The notes: a model not told the origin generated them from the sequence alone. A stretch of 64,000 nt of DNA from Thermoflexus hugenholtzii JAD2 (GCA_945881915.1 CAMCVW010000002.1:84676-148675); one strand, 5' to 3'. Counted from the first letter of the stretch, positions 8,036 to 17,339 are shown. Program-made: numbers and translations.

Positions 8036-9805
8036 TTAGTCCTTTGTCCGTACGGGGAGAGTCAACCAATGCTGGTATGCAGTGGCTTGTGACGCACTGG
8101 GATTGGGCAAAGAATGCAAACGCAGTGCCGTCAGTGGGGTAGCTTCGAGCGTCAATGTGGTCATACGGAGCTCATCCCGGCGAAAGGTGTGAATGGTGAC
8201 GTGCGTGCCTGGGACGTACTCACTCATGCGAGCCTTCCAGCGCGTACAATCTATACGACTCCCTTCAAGGGCAAGCAGTTCCTCAAACGGCGCAATGCCC
8301 GCAGATTCTGCTACACTTCCACTCCGGATGTTGGTGATGACACAGCGCGCTCCATCCTGACGGAGCGTCACCCCAATCGTGGATTGCGGTTCTTCAGCTT
8401 GGAACCATTCCTCACAGAGTCCGACCGTTGCACAGGCAGCTCGATAATCGAGCGGGTCGGTGCCATCGATGACGATTGCAAAAAACGCTGCAATTGCTGC
8501 ATGATGACCATCGACTAATTCAGCAATCAGGAGTTGCATGGTCTGGTCTTCTGGGATGCCCGGCTGCGCAATTGTGTAGCGCGATTCGAGCAGGCGCATC
8601 AGGTCATCGAGGCTACGCAACCCGTTTGACCATTCACGAATCGCCATGTCGAGCAAAAATGCAGCCACGGCACCTTTTATGTAGTACGACACACTGACAT
8701 TTGGACTGTTTTCATCGGGGCGGTAGTAGCGAATCCACGCATCAAAAGACGCATCGCTGAGGCTCTGTACCGCACTGCCGGGCATACGGCGTACGGTACG
8801 CAAATCTTCACAGAGCAGTTCGAGGTAGCGTTGTGGCGTAATCAAGCCAGCGCGACACATAATCAGGTTGTCGTAGTACGAGGTGACACCTTCGGCAAGC
8901 CACAGCATACGTGTGTAGTTTTCTTGACCGTAGTCAAATGGCCCGAGTGGCGCTGGCCGAATGCGCTTGACGTTCCAGGTGTGATAGAACTCGTGTGTTA
9001 TCAGCGAGAGAATTTTTTCATAATCGCGTGCCTGAGTGAAACCCCAGCGATCGACGAGGCATACCGTACTACTACAGTGCTCGAGGCCACCGTATACACC
9101 ATCAGCGAGATGCAGAATGTAGGTGTATCGTCCATATGGGACCTGTGAAAAATGCGCCTGGACCGCGCGGGTACAGCGCTCGATATCACGGACAAGCGCA
9201 GGCCAATCTTCGTTTCCGGTGCCCCAGATGACTACGTCGTGCGGAATTCCATCGATAGAAAACCGGGCACTACGATGCGTGCCTATTTCGAATGGCGCAT
9301 CATACAGCGCATCATATTCTGGCACAAGATACGACCAACGCACTGTGTCGCCCAGAGCAACGGGTTGACTGCACCCATCAAGTTGGGTCGCTACATTCCA
9401 ATCCGGTGGGGAATCGACAGCTAAATGCAATGGGCCACGGTGCTCATCCACTTGCATCACGACTGCTGCGGGATTAAAAAATGCATGAGTATCGTCAACA
9501 TGATTTGTACGCACGGTCAAATCATAGGCATAGACGCGATAGCGCAACACCACCTGCGCACCACGACGCGCGCTCACGCACCAACTGCGTTTGTCTTGTT
9601 TGATACATGTATGTGTCACCCCGTCGACTGTCGCCTGCACATCGCGAACATGCCGTGCATATTCTCGGACCATGTACGAACCGGGAGTCCACACAGGCAT
9701 GCGGAACACCGCATCGGATGAAGTACAGATGTATGTCAACGTCACATCGATGAGATGTGCATTGGTATCACGAATTGAGATGACGATATCAGGTGTCATG
9801 GTCAT
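8036..9805 (-). CDS. M61 family (glycyl) aminopeptidase with a C-terminal PDZ domain
   Basis: Track ORF 8036..9910. ATG 9805 overlaps the upstream gene's TGA (ATGA). Motif ITHEFYHTWNVKRIRP, with a PDZ-like segment GSVAESAGIAPFEELLALEG. Confidence 0.8.
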   Translation of the reverse strand: MTMTPDIVISIRDTNAHLIDVTLTYICTSSDAVFRMPVWTPGSYMVREYARHVRDVQATVDGVTHTCIKQDKRSWCVSARRGAQVVLRYRVYAYDLTVRTNHVDDTHAFFNPAAVVMQVDEHRGPLHLAVDSPPDWNVATQLDGCSQPVALGDTVRWSYLVPEYDALYDAPFEIGTHRSARFSIDGIPHDVVIWGTGNEDWPALVRDIERCTRAVQAHFSQVPYGRYTYILHLADGVYGGLEHCSSTVCLVDRWGFTQARDYEKILSLITHEFYHTWNVKRIRPAPLGPFDYGQENYTRMLWLAEGVTSYYDNLIMCRAGLITPQRYLELLCEDLRTVRRMPGSAVQSLSDASFDAWIRYYRPDENSPNVSVSYYIKGAVAAFLLDMAIREWSNGLRSLDDLMRLLESRYTIAQPGIPEDQTMQLLIAELVDGHHAAIAAFFAIVIDGTDPLDYRAACATVGLCEEWFQAEEPQSTIGVTLRQDGARCVITNIRSGSVAESAGIAPFEELLALEGSRIDCTRWKARMSEYVPGTHVTIHTFRRDELRMTTLTLEATPLTALRLHSLPNPSASQATAYQHWLTLPVRTKD

Positions 9806-11712
9806 GCGGTGTATGGCGCAAACAGATGAACAACGAGGGATGTCATCTCGTGCGGGTATTGATGGGTGGCAACCAAAAGACGCAAAACTGCTTCGGCTTC
9901 GTCCCGACAAGCATAGAGTGCTTGGACGACGGGAATTACCACCGGTACTTCGCTCCGGTAAAAGTCACGCAAGGCGCTCAAAAGATCACGTGCGTTGCGT
10001 GGCGCAATTGCCGTCGCGTGGCGAGGGTAGTAAAAAAACACATACTCATCGAAGGTTGCGTATGTCGCTGCATCGAGTGATTTGGTATAGTACCGTGCCA
10101 AAAATTGGCTATAGCCGCGTACGTACTGAATTTTGCGCCGGATGGTCGACTGTGCCAATGCCGCAATTTCGAGTTTCTCTGTATACGCTCTGATGAGCAC
10201 ATCGCTTTCGCGCAAGGCAGTCTCGACCGCAAAGAGTGCCTCACCGCCCGTCGAAAAAACGTCGTCGTCGTTCATCGACGATGCATCCTCTGGCAATTCT
10301 ATGGCGTGCGCTGCTGCATACTCTGCAATTTGGAAGGCAGCATAGGTCTGGCCACCGTCTGTAGGATCAAGCGCGGACAGTTCCTTCGTCGGTCGCAGGG
10401 TCTCCATCAGCGCTGGTACCTTGGGGAGAATCCGTTGCAGGGCAACACTCAGAATAGCATTGTAGTCATCATCAGATTCTGCCCGAACCATGAGCCGTCG
10501 TTCGAGTGGTTTCATGCTCTTGAGGAGTGTGGCGGACCATGCCTCGAGCGCGGGATGCCGATTGGCAAACAACATGGCAAACGTGTCATCATCGAGTTCT
10601 TCGCCGCTGATACCCTCGCCATCGAAAAACGAATCATCGTCGTCGTCGTCATTGTCGTCGTCATAATCAGAATGCAGTGCTTCCGCATAGGTATCATCGC
10701 GTCTATCCGCAGCAGTGTACGGGTGATCCGCTGGATCATCGTCTTCGTCGATGTCGTCATCGTGACCCATATGGACGTCATAGAGCCCCTTCGAGAGCGA
10801 CTCTTCGATCCGACTCGAAAAATCCAAGCGCGTATCGATTGTCGGAACAATGATCCGACTACTCATGCCCTCATCGTTATCTGTGTCAATAGCCAAGCGA
10901 ACCGCAGAATACCGCGGCGCCATGCCATCCCAAAGCCCTCGATCGGCATCTGTAGCGCGCCGAAGACGCATTTTGGTTTGGAGTGTGGCGATGTCACGCT
11001 TGAGGTGCACAACCACACCCTCGTTCGGTGAGATTCCCCGCAGCGCCATATCGTAGAGGACCTGCCATGGCCGTCCCGGGTAGTCACTGCGCCAGGCAGC
11101 GTTTGCGTAGATCGCGAGGACGCAGATTTGGGCGCGGAGTGGTGTCAATTCGAGTTTGGGGATGCTTTTCAGTGCATCGATTATGGTTGATTCCGCACCG
11201 AGGCAGTCTTCGAGATGCAAAAATTCGGCGCGTTCAAGCTGAAAATGGAGGGTGTTCGGGAGTACTTCATCCACCGTCACTATGATGTGATCGCCGGGTT
11301 TACAAGCGTTTTTGCGCATCCACCCTTGCATACTTATTCTCCCGCTGGGTTGCCATTCCATAGGAGTTCGGTCGACGCCCATATATATTGGATATTGGAT
11401 CGCGACAAACGGATACAACCAATCGAGTTCAATTTCGTCGGCCGCGATGGCACCCAAATCGGGGACCAACCGAAAAGTCGCCCCTCGTGCTGCGCGGTGG
11501 CGTGGGCAGTACAACCCCGAAGCGAGGAGTACCCAATCGGTCTTGAGGGGATTTTCGAGAATGATTTGCTTGATGCGATGGGAAGGAGCTGTATCGGGAT
11601 CGCCACGCTGTGCATGCACCGCGGCGATGAGTGACTCGAGCGTCATCGATTCTGTTGTGGTACGAGCGAGTTCGCACAAGAGGAAGTGAATCGACGGTTT
11701 TGTTTGTGGCAT
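9802..11712 (-). CDS. Hypothetical 636-aa protein with a poly-acidic core; no family recognised
   Basis: ATG 11712 with GAAGGAA 6 nt upstream, and ATGA-coupled to the M61 gene. Residues ~314-376 read HDDDIDEDDDPADH..DYDDDNDDDDDDSFFDGEGISGEELDDD. The flanking domains have normal composition. Confidence 0.7.
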   Translation of the reverse strand: MPQTKPSIHFLLCELARTTTESMTLESLIAAVHAQRGDPDTAPSHRIKQIILENPLKTDWVLLASGLYCPRHRAARGATFRLVPDLGAIAADEIELDWLYPFVAIQYPIYMGVDRTPMEWQPSGRISMQGWMRKNACKPGDHIIVTVDEVLPNTLHFQLERAEFLHLEDCLGAESTIIDALKSIPKLELTPLRAQICVLAIYANAAWRSDYPGRPWQVLYDMALRGISPNEGVVVHLKRDIATLQTKMRLRRATDADRGLWDGMAPRYSAVRLAIDTDNDEGMSSRIIVPTIDTRLDFSSRIEESLSKGLYDVHMGHDDDIDEDDDPADHPYTAADRRDDTYAEALHSDYDDDNDDDDDDSFFDGEGISGEELDDDTFAMLFANRHPALEAWSATLLKSMKPLERRLMVRAESDDDYNAILSVALQRILPKVPALMETLRPTKELSALDPTDGGQTYAAFQIAEYAAAHAIELPEDASSMNDDDVFSTGGEALFAVETALRESDVLIRAYTEKLEIAALAQSTIRRKIQYVRGYSQFLARYYTKSLDAATYATFDEYVFFYYPRHATAIAPRNARDLLSALRDFYRSEVPVVIPVVQALYACRDEAEAVLRLLVATHQYPHEMTSLVVHLFAPYTA

Positions 11713-11778
11713 GGTAGTTCCTTCTCGCTCATGGGAACCACGTGGTTCTATGGGCGATTATACCACGGTCGTTCGCGC

Positions 11779-11811
11779 AAAAAAGCACCCACAGCGTGCG
11801 CTGTGGGTGCT
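11779..11811 (-). terminator. Intrinsic terminator of the E1 gene
   Basis: Stem GCACCCACAGC / GCTGTGGGTGC (11785-11795 / 11800-11810) with a 4-nt loop. On the minus strand it is followed by TTTTTT (11779-11784). Confidence 0.7.
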
Positions 11812-11827
11812 GACCGAATAGATTCCG

Positions 11828-14206
11828 TTAGTCGTCGAGTGCGGTCAGAGCTGCTTCGACGATGTGTGCGGTATCGACGCCGAAGTGATGATACAGATCA
11901 TCACGCGAACCCGATTGGCCAAAATCATCGACACCGAGTGATGTCACTTTTGCGCCGTAGACGCTTCCCATCCAAGCAAGTGCGTGTGATGCGGCATCGT
12001 GAACCGTGACGATAGGTGCGCTCCGCTGTGCATCCGGGTATAACCAAGAGAACGGGTCACGTTGTCCGCTTTTCCGGCTTGCGACAAAGCATTCGTAGAG
12101 GGTGCGTGCACTGACGATGTTGATGACATCTGCCGCGACACCTTCGTGCCAGAGTCGCTGCGCCGCTGCCAGTGTTTCGGGCATGAGTGTCCCACTCGCG
12201 CAGAGCAATACCCGCGGGGCGTCGACGAGCTCCGGATGATCGGTCTGCCATGTCGCTAACCGATATGCGCCTTTGAGAACCTGTTCTCGCAGTTCTTCGA
12301 CCCCGATGCGCGTGACTGCGGCTTCGAACGGTGTTTGATCCATCGGCCGTGTGCTCAAGCGCAGGTACAACGGTCGGCCATGGTCACGGTCGAAGCACTG
12401 GCGGACCCCTTCGAGGAAGTACCACTCGAGCTCCCCGGCATAGGCTGGCTCGGCCATCATCAACTTGGGCAGTTCGATACCGACCGAGGCAGTAATGGTC
12501 GATTGATGTGCTCCACCTTCGGGAGCCAACGTGATGCCTGATGGAGTACCAGCCACGATGAATTTTGCGCCGGAGTAGACTGCGTAGATGAACGAGTCAA
12601 GGCCACGCAGAACAAACGGGTCGTACACCGTGCCGATAGGAACAATGGTTGATCCGAGCAATTCGTGCGAAAGCCCCGCCATGCCCAGCAACATAAACAA
12701 GTTCATCTCGGAGATGCCGAGTTCGATGTGCTTCCCTTGCTGTGAGCGTTGCCACTTGAGGATGCGGGCTGCTTCGCCTTCGTATTCGGCCACTGTCGCA
12801 TGCGGCGTATACACACCCATACGGTTGATCCAGGCACCGAGATTCGTCGACACCGAAACGTCGGGGGACGTCGTCATCATGTGCTTTGCCAAACCCGGAA
12901 CATCCGCCATACGCACCAACAAACGCCCAAATGCATCTTGGGTGCTGACGTTTGCAGGCATACTCAGGTCGACGCGCGTGGGGATGATGACGTCTGCTTC
13001 CGCAGCGACGGGGAGGTCGGTCAATCGATTAGCGACGAGACGACACATCTTGGCTTCGGGGCTGTCGTCGTCGAAGTCCGGCCATATGTCATCTGCAGGG
13101 ATACCGTACCCGGTCCGGAGCGTCTCCATCTGTTCACTGCTGAGCAACATGGAGTGATTGAGTGGGTGGCCGGCTATGGGCAGGCCCCAGCCTTTGATGG
13201 TGTAGGCAAAAACGACGGTGGGACGTGACATGTCGCGGTCGACTTCGTCAAAAATCGAACACATTTCTTCGAGGTCATGCCCACCCAAATTCGAAATCAC
13301 ATCGGGCAGAGTATCATCCGGCACATGTTTGAGCACATTTGCCAACGTCGAACGATCAGCTTCGTTCCCCGCCAATAAATGCTCACGCAGCTGTTTACCG
13401 GGCTGCCGGATACATGCCTGGTATTCTTCGTTGCTCATCTCGTCGATGCGTTTACGGAGCGTTTCGCCACCAGGCAAGGCATACAATTCCTGCAACTTGC
13501 GGCCGTATTTGGCCTCGAGGACGCGCCAGCCGTTTTGGGCAAAGAGCTTCTTGAGACGCAGTGCACGGATACCCGGCACCACACGGTCGAGGCTCTGGCG
13601 ATTGAGGTCGACGACCCAAACGACCTGACCGATGCCATCGAGTGCTTCGTCGAGCAATGCTTCCCAGACGTTGCCTTCGTCCAATTCTGCGTCACCGACC
13701 ACCGCCACAAAGCGGCGTTCTGGTACTGCGACGCCGTGATCACGGAGAAAACGCTGCGTCAGTGACGTAAACAACGGTGCAACAACACCCAAACCGACCG
13801 AGCCGGTCGAAAAATCAACAGTCTCTGGATCTTTGGTGCGGCTCGGGTACGACTGCAAACCGCCGTATTCGCGCAACATCGGTAAATAGCGCTTGGGCAG
13901 ATTGCCCAACAAATATTGAATGGAATGATAAATAGGCGAGGAATGCGGCTTAACGGCAACCCGGTCACCTGCACGCAAGAAGTGAAAATAGAGCGCCGTC
14001 ATTAGAGTCACAGTCGAAGCCGAAGATGCCTGATGACCGCCGACCTTCGTACCATCGAGGTTAGGTCGGACGTGATTGGCATGATGAATCATATTTGTGG
14101 CGAGCCACAAAATGCGCTTCTGAATCGACTCCATGGTGCGCACGATGGTGCGGTTCATGCGTGGCTTTTCGGGCTGTGTAATCGGCGCTGCTGCGGTGCG
14201 TTTCAT
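11828..14206 (-). CDS. TPP-dependent 2-oxoacid (pyruvate) dehydrogenase E1 component, homodimeric AceE-like / transketolase-like
   Basis: Track ORF 11828..14245. ATG 14206 has GAGGAG 5 nt upstream. Motifs VGGHQASSAS and the TPP motif GDAELDEGNVWEA..DLNRQSLD. Confidence 0.75.
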   Translation of the reverse strand: MKRTAAAPITQPEKPRMNRTIVRTMESIQKRILWLATNMIHHANHVRPNLDGTKVGGHQASSASTVTLMTALYFHFLRAGDRVAVKPHSSPIYHSIQYLLGNLPKRYLPMLREYGGLQSYPSRTKDPETVDFSTGSVGLGVVAPLFTSLTQRFLRDHGVAVPERRFVAVVGDAELDEGNVWEALLDEALDGIGQVVWVVDLNRQSLDRVVPGIRALRLKKLFAQNGWRVLEAKYGRKLQELYALPGGETLRKRIDEMSNEEYQACIRQPGKQLREHLLAGNEADRSTLANVLKHVPDDTLPDVISNLGGHDLEEMCSIFDEVDRDMSRPTVVFAYTIKGWGLPIAGHPLNHSMLLSSEQMETLRTGYGIPADDIWPDFDDDSPEAKMCRLVANRLTDLPVAAEADVIIPTRVDLSMPANVSTQDAFGRLLVRMADVPGLAKHMMTTSPDVSVSTNLGAWINRMGVYTPHATVAEYEGEAARILKWQRSQQGKHIELGISEMNLFMLLGMAGLSHELLGSTIVPIGTVYDPFVLRGLDSFIYAVYSGAKFIVAGTPSGITLAPEGGAHQSTITASVGIELPKLMMAEPAYAGELEWYFLEGVRQCFDRDHGRPLYLRLSTRPMDQTPFEAAVTRIGVEELREQVLKGAYRLATWQTDHPELVDAPRVLLCASGTLMPETLAAAQRLWHEGVAADVINIVSARTLYECFVASRKSGQRDPFSWLYPDAQRSAPIVTVHDAASHALAWMGSVYGAKVTSLGVDDFGQSGSRDDLYHHFGVDTAHIVEAALTALDD

Positions 14207-14482
14207 GTGACTCCTCTCGACTGCTCCGTCATATGCAAAAGACACAATCTCAATTAATCTATCTTACGGTATTTTGACACATCTGCTGACAGGGGAAATA
14301 CTTTGGAAACGCAAGTATTGACGCACATTTCTGGTTTCGGAGCGCCTACAGGAGCTCATCGTGGATGACAGCGAACATATCCTGCTCGCAAATACTGATG
14401 AGGCGTGCAACATCATCGATTACCGCTTTTTCGGCAGAAAGGATACGCCCAGTAGAGTGAAAAGACCACCTTACAGATACAA

Positions 14483-14722
14483 CCAGCTTTGCATCTGTCC
14501 CCTACACTCAGCATTCGTCCTAACACCTCGAGAAAAAACTGCGTGAACGTAAGCATCAGTACACCACCGTCATCGTCACTCACACGTTACGTCAAGCAAA
14601 ACGACTCGCGGACTATGTCGTGTTCATGTACTTGGGAGAAGTTGTCGAAGCAGGTCCTGCCAAAGGAAGGCTTTATTGCTCAACGACAGGAGCGCACGCG
14701 TGAACTTTGGAAGTTGTGTTTT
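14483..14722 (+). pseudogene. Decayed C-terminal relic of a PstB-like ABC ATPase
   Basis: One frame from 14527 reads LEKKLRERKHQYTTVIVTHTLRQAKRLADYVVFMYLGEVVEAGPAK. A +1 shift is then needed to continue EGFIAQRQERTRELWKLCF. Compare E. coli PstB: YTVVIVTHNMQQAAR.SD..AFMYLGELIEF....LF..P....TEDYITGRYG. There is no Walker A region upstream and the native stop is lost. Confidence 0.5.
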
Positions 14723-14747
14723 AGGCGACTCCGGCACATAAAAACAT

Positions 14748-14789
14748 CCCCCAGGCCGCCTTGGTTCCGTGACCAAGCGTGCCTGGGGG
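14748..14789 (-). terminator. Intrinsic terminator of the lipoprotein gene
   Basis: Outer stem CCCCCAGGC / GCCTGGGGG encloses an inner stem CTTGGT / ACCAAG. On the minus strand it is followed by ATGTTTTT. Confidence 0.6.
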
Positions 14790-14809
14790 TAGTGTTTGTG
14801 ACTTATCTA

Positions 14810-15463
14810 CTACGGTATCGTCGTAATGAGTTCATCAATATTCCGTTCAAACCCCTTGATTTCTTCGTGCCAGCTGCGCACCCGCGCGAACGACTCTTCT
14901 GAAGGGTACTGTCCGTTGCTTTCGATCTTCATTTCGATGAACGCAGGCCAGAGCGTATCACGCAGCAACCGGAAGTAGTAAAGGATCTCGCCGACGTCTG
15001 CACACGCGGGCACCTCAATGGTATCGATGCCTGCAAATGCCGCCGTGACGCGTGCTTCGTCGAAGTTGGCATCGACGAGCTCGAGGGTATAACTGTAGAC
15101 TTTGTCGACCAGCGGTCGGTACGCCTTGCGCACAGCGAGCACACGCGTTTTGAATGGCGCAGCCTGGGTCGCACACGAGACGACGGGGACGGCGGTGGGC
15201 TGAGGTGTTTTGGATGGTCGTGGGGTCTGCGTGGGGACGGCTGTTTCGCTGGGAATCAGCGTTTCGGTGGGAACCAGCGTCTCTGTTGGCAATGCGGTAG
15301 CCGATGGGATGGTGGTCGGTGATGGCACGGTCGTTGCGGTCATGGTGGCTGGGATGGGTGTATTGGTAATCACCACATAGATGGGTGTTGCGGTGGGTAG
15401 TACCGTAGGACTCCCGCAACTGACACAGAGTGCAAGCGTCAGACAAATGAGCATCGCGCGCAT
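14810..15463 (-). CDS. Lipoprotein with a Pro/Thr-rich linker and a C-terminal globular domain of unknown function
   Basis: Signal peptide and lipobox-like MRAMLICLTLALCVSCGS. About 80 aa are P/T-rich (PTETLVPTETLIPSETAVPTQTPRPSKTPQPT). Confidence 0.7.
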   Translation of the reverse strand: MRAMLICLTLALCVSCGSPTVLPTATPIYVVITNTPIPATMTATTVPSPTTIPSATALPTETLVPTETLIPSETAVPTQTPRPSKTPQPTAVPVVSCATQAAPFKTRVLAVRKAYRPLVDKVYSYTLELVDANFDEARVTAAFAGIDTIEVPACADVGEILYYFRLLRDTLWPAFIEMKIESNGQYPSEESFARVRSWHEEIKGFERNIDELITTIP

Positions 15464-15666
15464 CGACAGTGAACCTCCTGAAAAACGTAATTATCACAGT
15501 ATAACGTTAAAATATCATTTTGTCCTGACCATGGATTCAGAGAAGCGCCTGCGCAGGTATGGGGAAAGCCGAGGGAGTGCCGCGCCGCAGTTTTCTGTGC
15601 CCCAAGAACCCAGCGACGGCATGCAACCGAGTAACGGCAACATCCTCCTGGCGCCGCGATACTCTT

Positions 15667-15696
15667 TTGCCTAGACCGTCCAAAGCACACTACAAT
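15667..15696 (+). promoter_or_regulatory. Candidate sigma-70-type promoter for glpD
   Basis: TTGCCT (15667-15672), 18 nt, TACAAT (15691-15696), 27 nt before ATG 15724. Sequence match only. Confidence 0.35.
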
Positions 15697-15723
15697 AGAC
15701 AAAACAGACAGACGAGGGCTGCT

Positions 15724-17274
15724 ATGAATAGACAAACATTGCTCGACCGCATCGCGACCGCAGAACCATGGGATGTGGTGATTATCGGCGGTGGGGCGAC
15801 GGGCCTGGGTATCGCAGTGGATGCGGCGGCGCGTGGTCACAAAACGCTGTTGGTAGAGGCATATGACTTCGCCAAGGGGACCTCGTCACGGGCCACCAAA
15901 CTGGTGCACGGCGGGGTACGGTATTTGGCGCAGGGCAATGTCTCGTTGGTCTACGAAGCGCTCCACGAACGCGGTCGGTTGCAGGCGAATGCACCGCATT
16001 TGGTCAAAGTCCTCCCCCATGTCGTCCCGGCATACCAGTGGTACGACATGCCGTTCTACGGGGCGGGGTTATTGCTGTACAGCATCCTCGCTGGGTCATT
16101 GGGGTTCGGCATGTCACGGCTGATTAGCAAAAACGAAGCATTGCGGCTCGCGCCGACGTTGACGCAGCGTGGCTTACTGGGCGGGGTGGTGTACTATGAC
16201 GGCCAATTCGACGACAGTCGGCTGGCGGTCACGTTGATGCGGACCGCGATGGATCATGGTGCGACGCTGATAAATCACCTACCGGTGACTGGTTTGGTGC
16301 ATCAGGATGGGGCAATTGCCGGTGTGACGGTTACCGACCGCAGTAGCGGACAGGTATATACCATCAATGCGAAATCCGTCGTCAATGCAACTGGCGTCTT
16401 CGTAGACGCTATCCGGAGCATGGATGCACCTACTGCCAAACCGATTGTAGCGCCCAGTCAGGGGATTCACATCGTCGTCGACCGGAGTTTTCTGCCCGGC
16501 GATCATGCCGTGATGATTCCCAAAACTGCCGACGGACGGGTATTGTTTGCCCTGCCCTGGCATGACTGTGTGGTGATTGGGACGACCGACACCGGGGTGC
16601 CCAATACGTCCAGCGAACCACGACCATTGGCTGCCGAAATCGAATTTGTGCTGTCGCACACCGAAAAATACTTATCACGTCGTCCCCAACCAAACGACAT
16701 CCGCAGTGTGTTTGCCGGCTTGCGGCCACTGGTCAAAAAAGGCGAAGGCGCGACCAAAACGTTGTCACGCGACCATACGATTTTGTTTGCTGAATCCGGC
16801 ATGATGACCATCACCGGCGGCAAATGGACCACCTACCGACACATGGCCGAAGACGCGGTCGATCAATTGACCGCACGTGGCGTCTTGGTAGCCAAACCCT
16901 GCATCACCAAAACACTGCGTCTGCATGGCTACAGCACTGCCCCGGACAACGACAGTATGCAGATGTATGGAAGTGATGCAGCAGCCGTCCGCGAGTTGGC
17001 AGTGCACAATCCCGAATGGGCGGGTTTGATTCATCCCGAGTTGCCCTATATCCAGGCCGAGGTGCTGTATGCAGTGCGGGCGGAATTGGCCTGCACGGTC
17101 GAAGACGTGCTGGCACGGCGCACCCGGGCGTTGCTCATCAACGCACGAGCGAGTGCCGAGGCTGCGCCGTTGGTCGCGGCGATGATAGCGGCAGAACTCG
17201 GGCATGATCAGGCCTGGCAAGACGCTCAGGTGGCGGAGTATCAGGCGTTGGCGGCAGGCTACCAGATTTCGTAG
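15724..17274 (+). CDS. glpD: FAD-dependent glycerol-3-phosphate dehydrogenase
   Basis: Track ORF 15559..17274. The true start is MNRQTLLDRIA at 15724. Dinucleotide fold DVVIIGGGATGLGIAVDAAARG, then KGTSSRATKLVHGGVRYL. Confidence 0.85.
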   Translation: MNRQTLLDRIATAEPWDVVIIGGGATGLGIAVDAAARGHKTLLVEAYDFAKGTSSRATKLVHGGVRYLAQGNVSLVYEALHERGRLQANAPHLVKVLPHVVPAYQWYDMPFYGAGLLLYSILAGSLGFGMSRLISKNEALRLAPTLTQRGLLGGVVYYDGQFDDSRLAVTLMRTAMDHGATLINHLPVTGLVHQDGAIAGVTVTDRSSGQVYTINAKSVVNATGVFVDAIRSMDAPTAKPIVAPSQGIHIVVDRSFLPGDHAVMIPKTADGRVLFALPWHDCVVIGTTDTGVPNTSSEPRPLAAEIEFVLSHTEKYLSRRPQPNDIRSVFAGLRPLVKKGEGATKTLSRDHTILFAESGMMTITGGKWTTYRHMAEDAVDQLTARGVLVAKPCITKTLRLHGYSTAPDNDSMQMYGSDAAAVRELAVHNPEWAGLIHPELPYIQAEVLYAVRAELACTVEDVLARRTRALLINARASAEAAPLVAAMIAAELGHDQAWQDAQVAEYQALAAGYQIS

Positions 17275-17294
17275 CAATCACAAAAGACCACAAA

Positions 17295-17326
17295 ACAACG
17301 CCCCACAGCAAGCTGTGGGGCGTTGT
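17295..17326. terminator. Bidirectional intrinsic terminator (glpD / etfA convergent)
   Basis: 14-bp stem ACAACGCCCCACAG / CTGTGGGGCGTTGT with a 4-nt loop. TTGTTTGTT follows on plus and an A-rich stretch precedes it. Confidence 0.75.
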
Positions 17327-17339
17327 TTGTTTGTTCGCG

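Noticed and set aside
9802-10400. Possible mobile-element signature: a tyrosine-recombinase SAM-like pattern at the C-terminus of the unknown 636-aa protein
   Set aside because: There is no catalytic R..HxxR..Y domain, no flanking repeats and no att-like sites, and the gene is embedded in a coupled operon. The resemblance is too weak to call an integrase or mobile element.
10105-11031. Large antisense ORFs inside confident genes. Examples: 10105..11031 +, 5315..6106 -, 18605..19282 +, 20595..21206 -, 22228..22977 -, 22794..23648 -, 24169..25062 -, 35734..36462 -, 41554..42447 -, 44246..44989 -, 50584..51147 -.
   Set aside because: These are typical shadow ORFs of moderately GC-rich DNA. They have no motifs, they are R/C/H-rich, and they lie fully inside genes with strong family signatures on the other strand.
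14489-14902. 137-aa plus-strand ORF
   Set aside because: It runs through the pstB-like relic in a mixed frame, crosses a terminator hairpin, and overlaps the 3' end of the convergent lipoprotein gene. Interpreted as an artefact of pseudogene decay.
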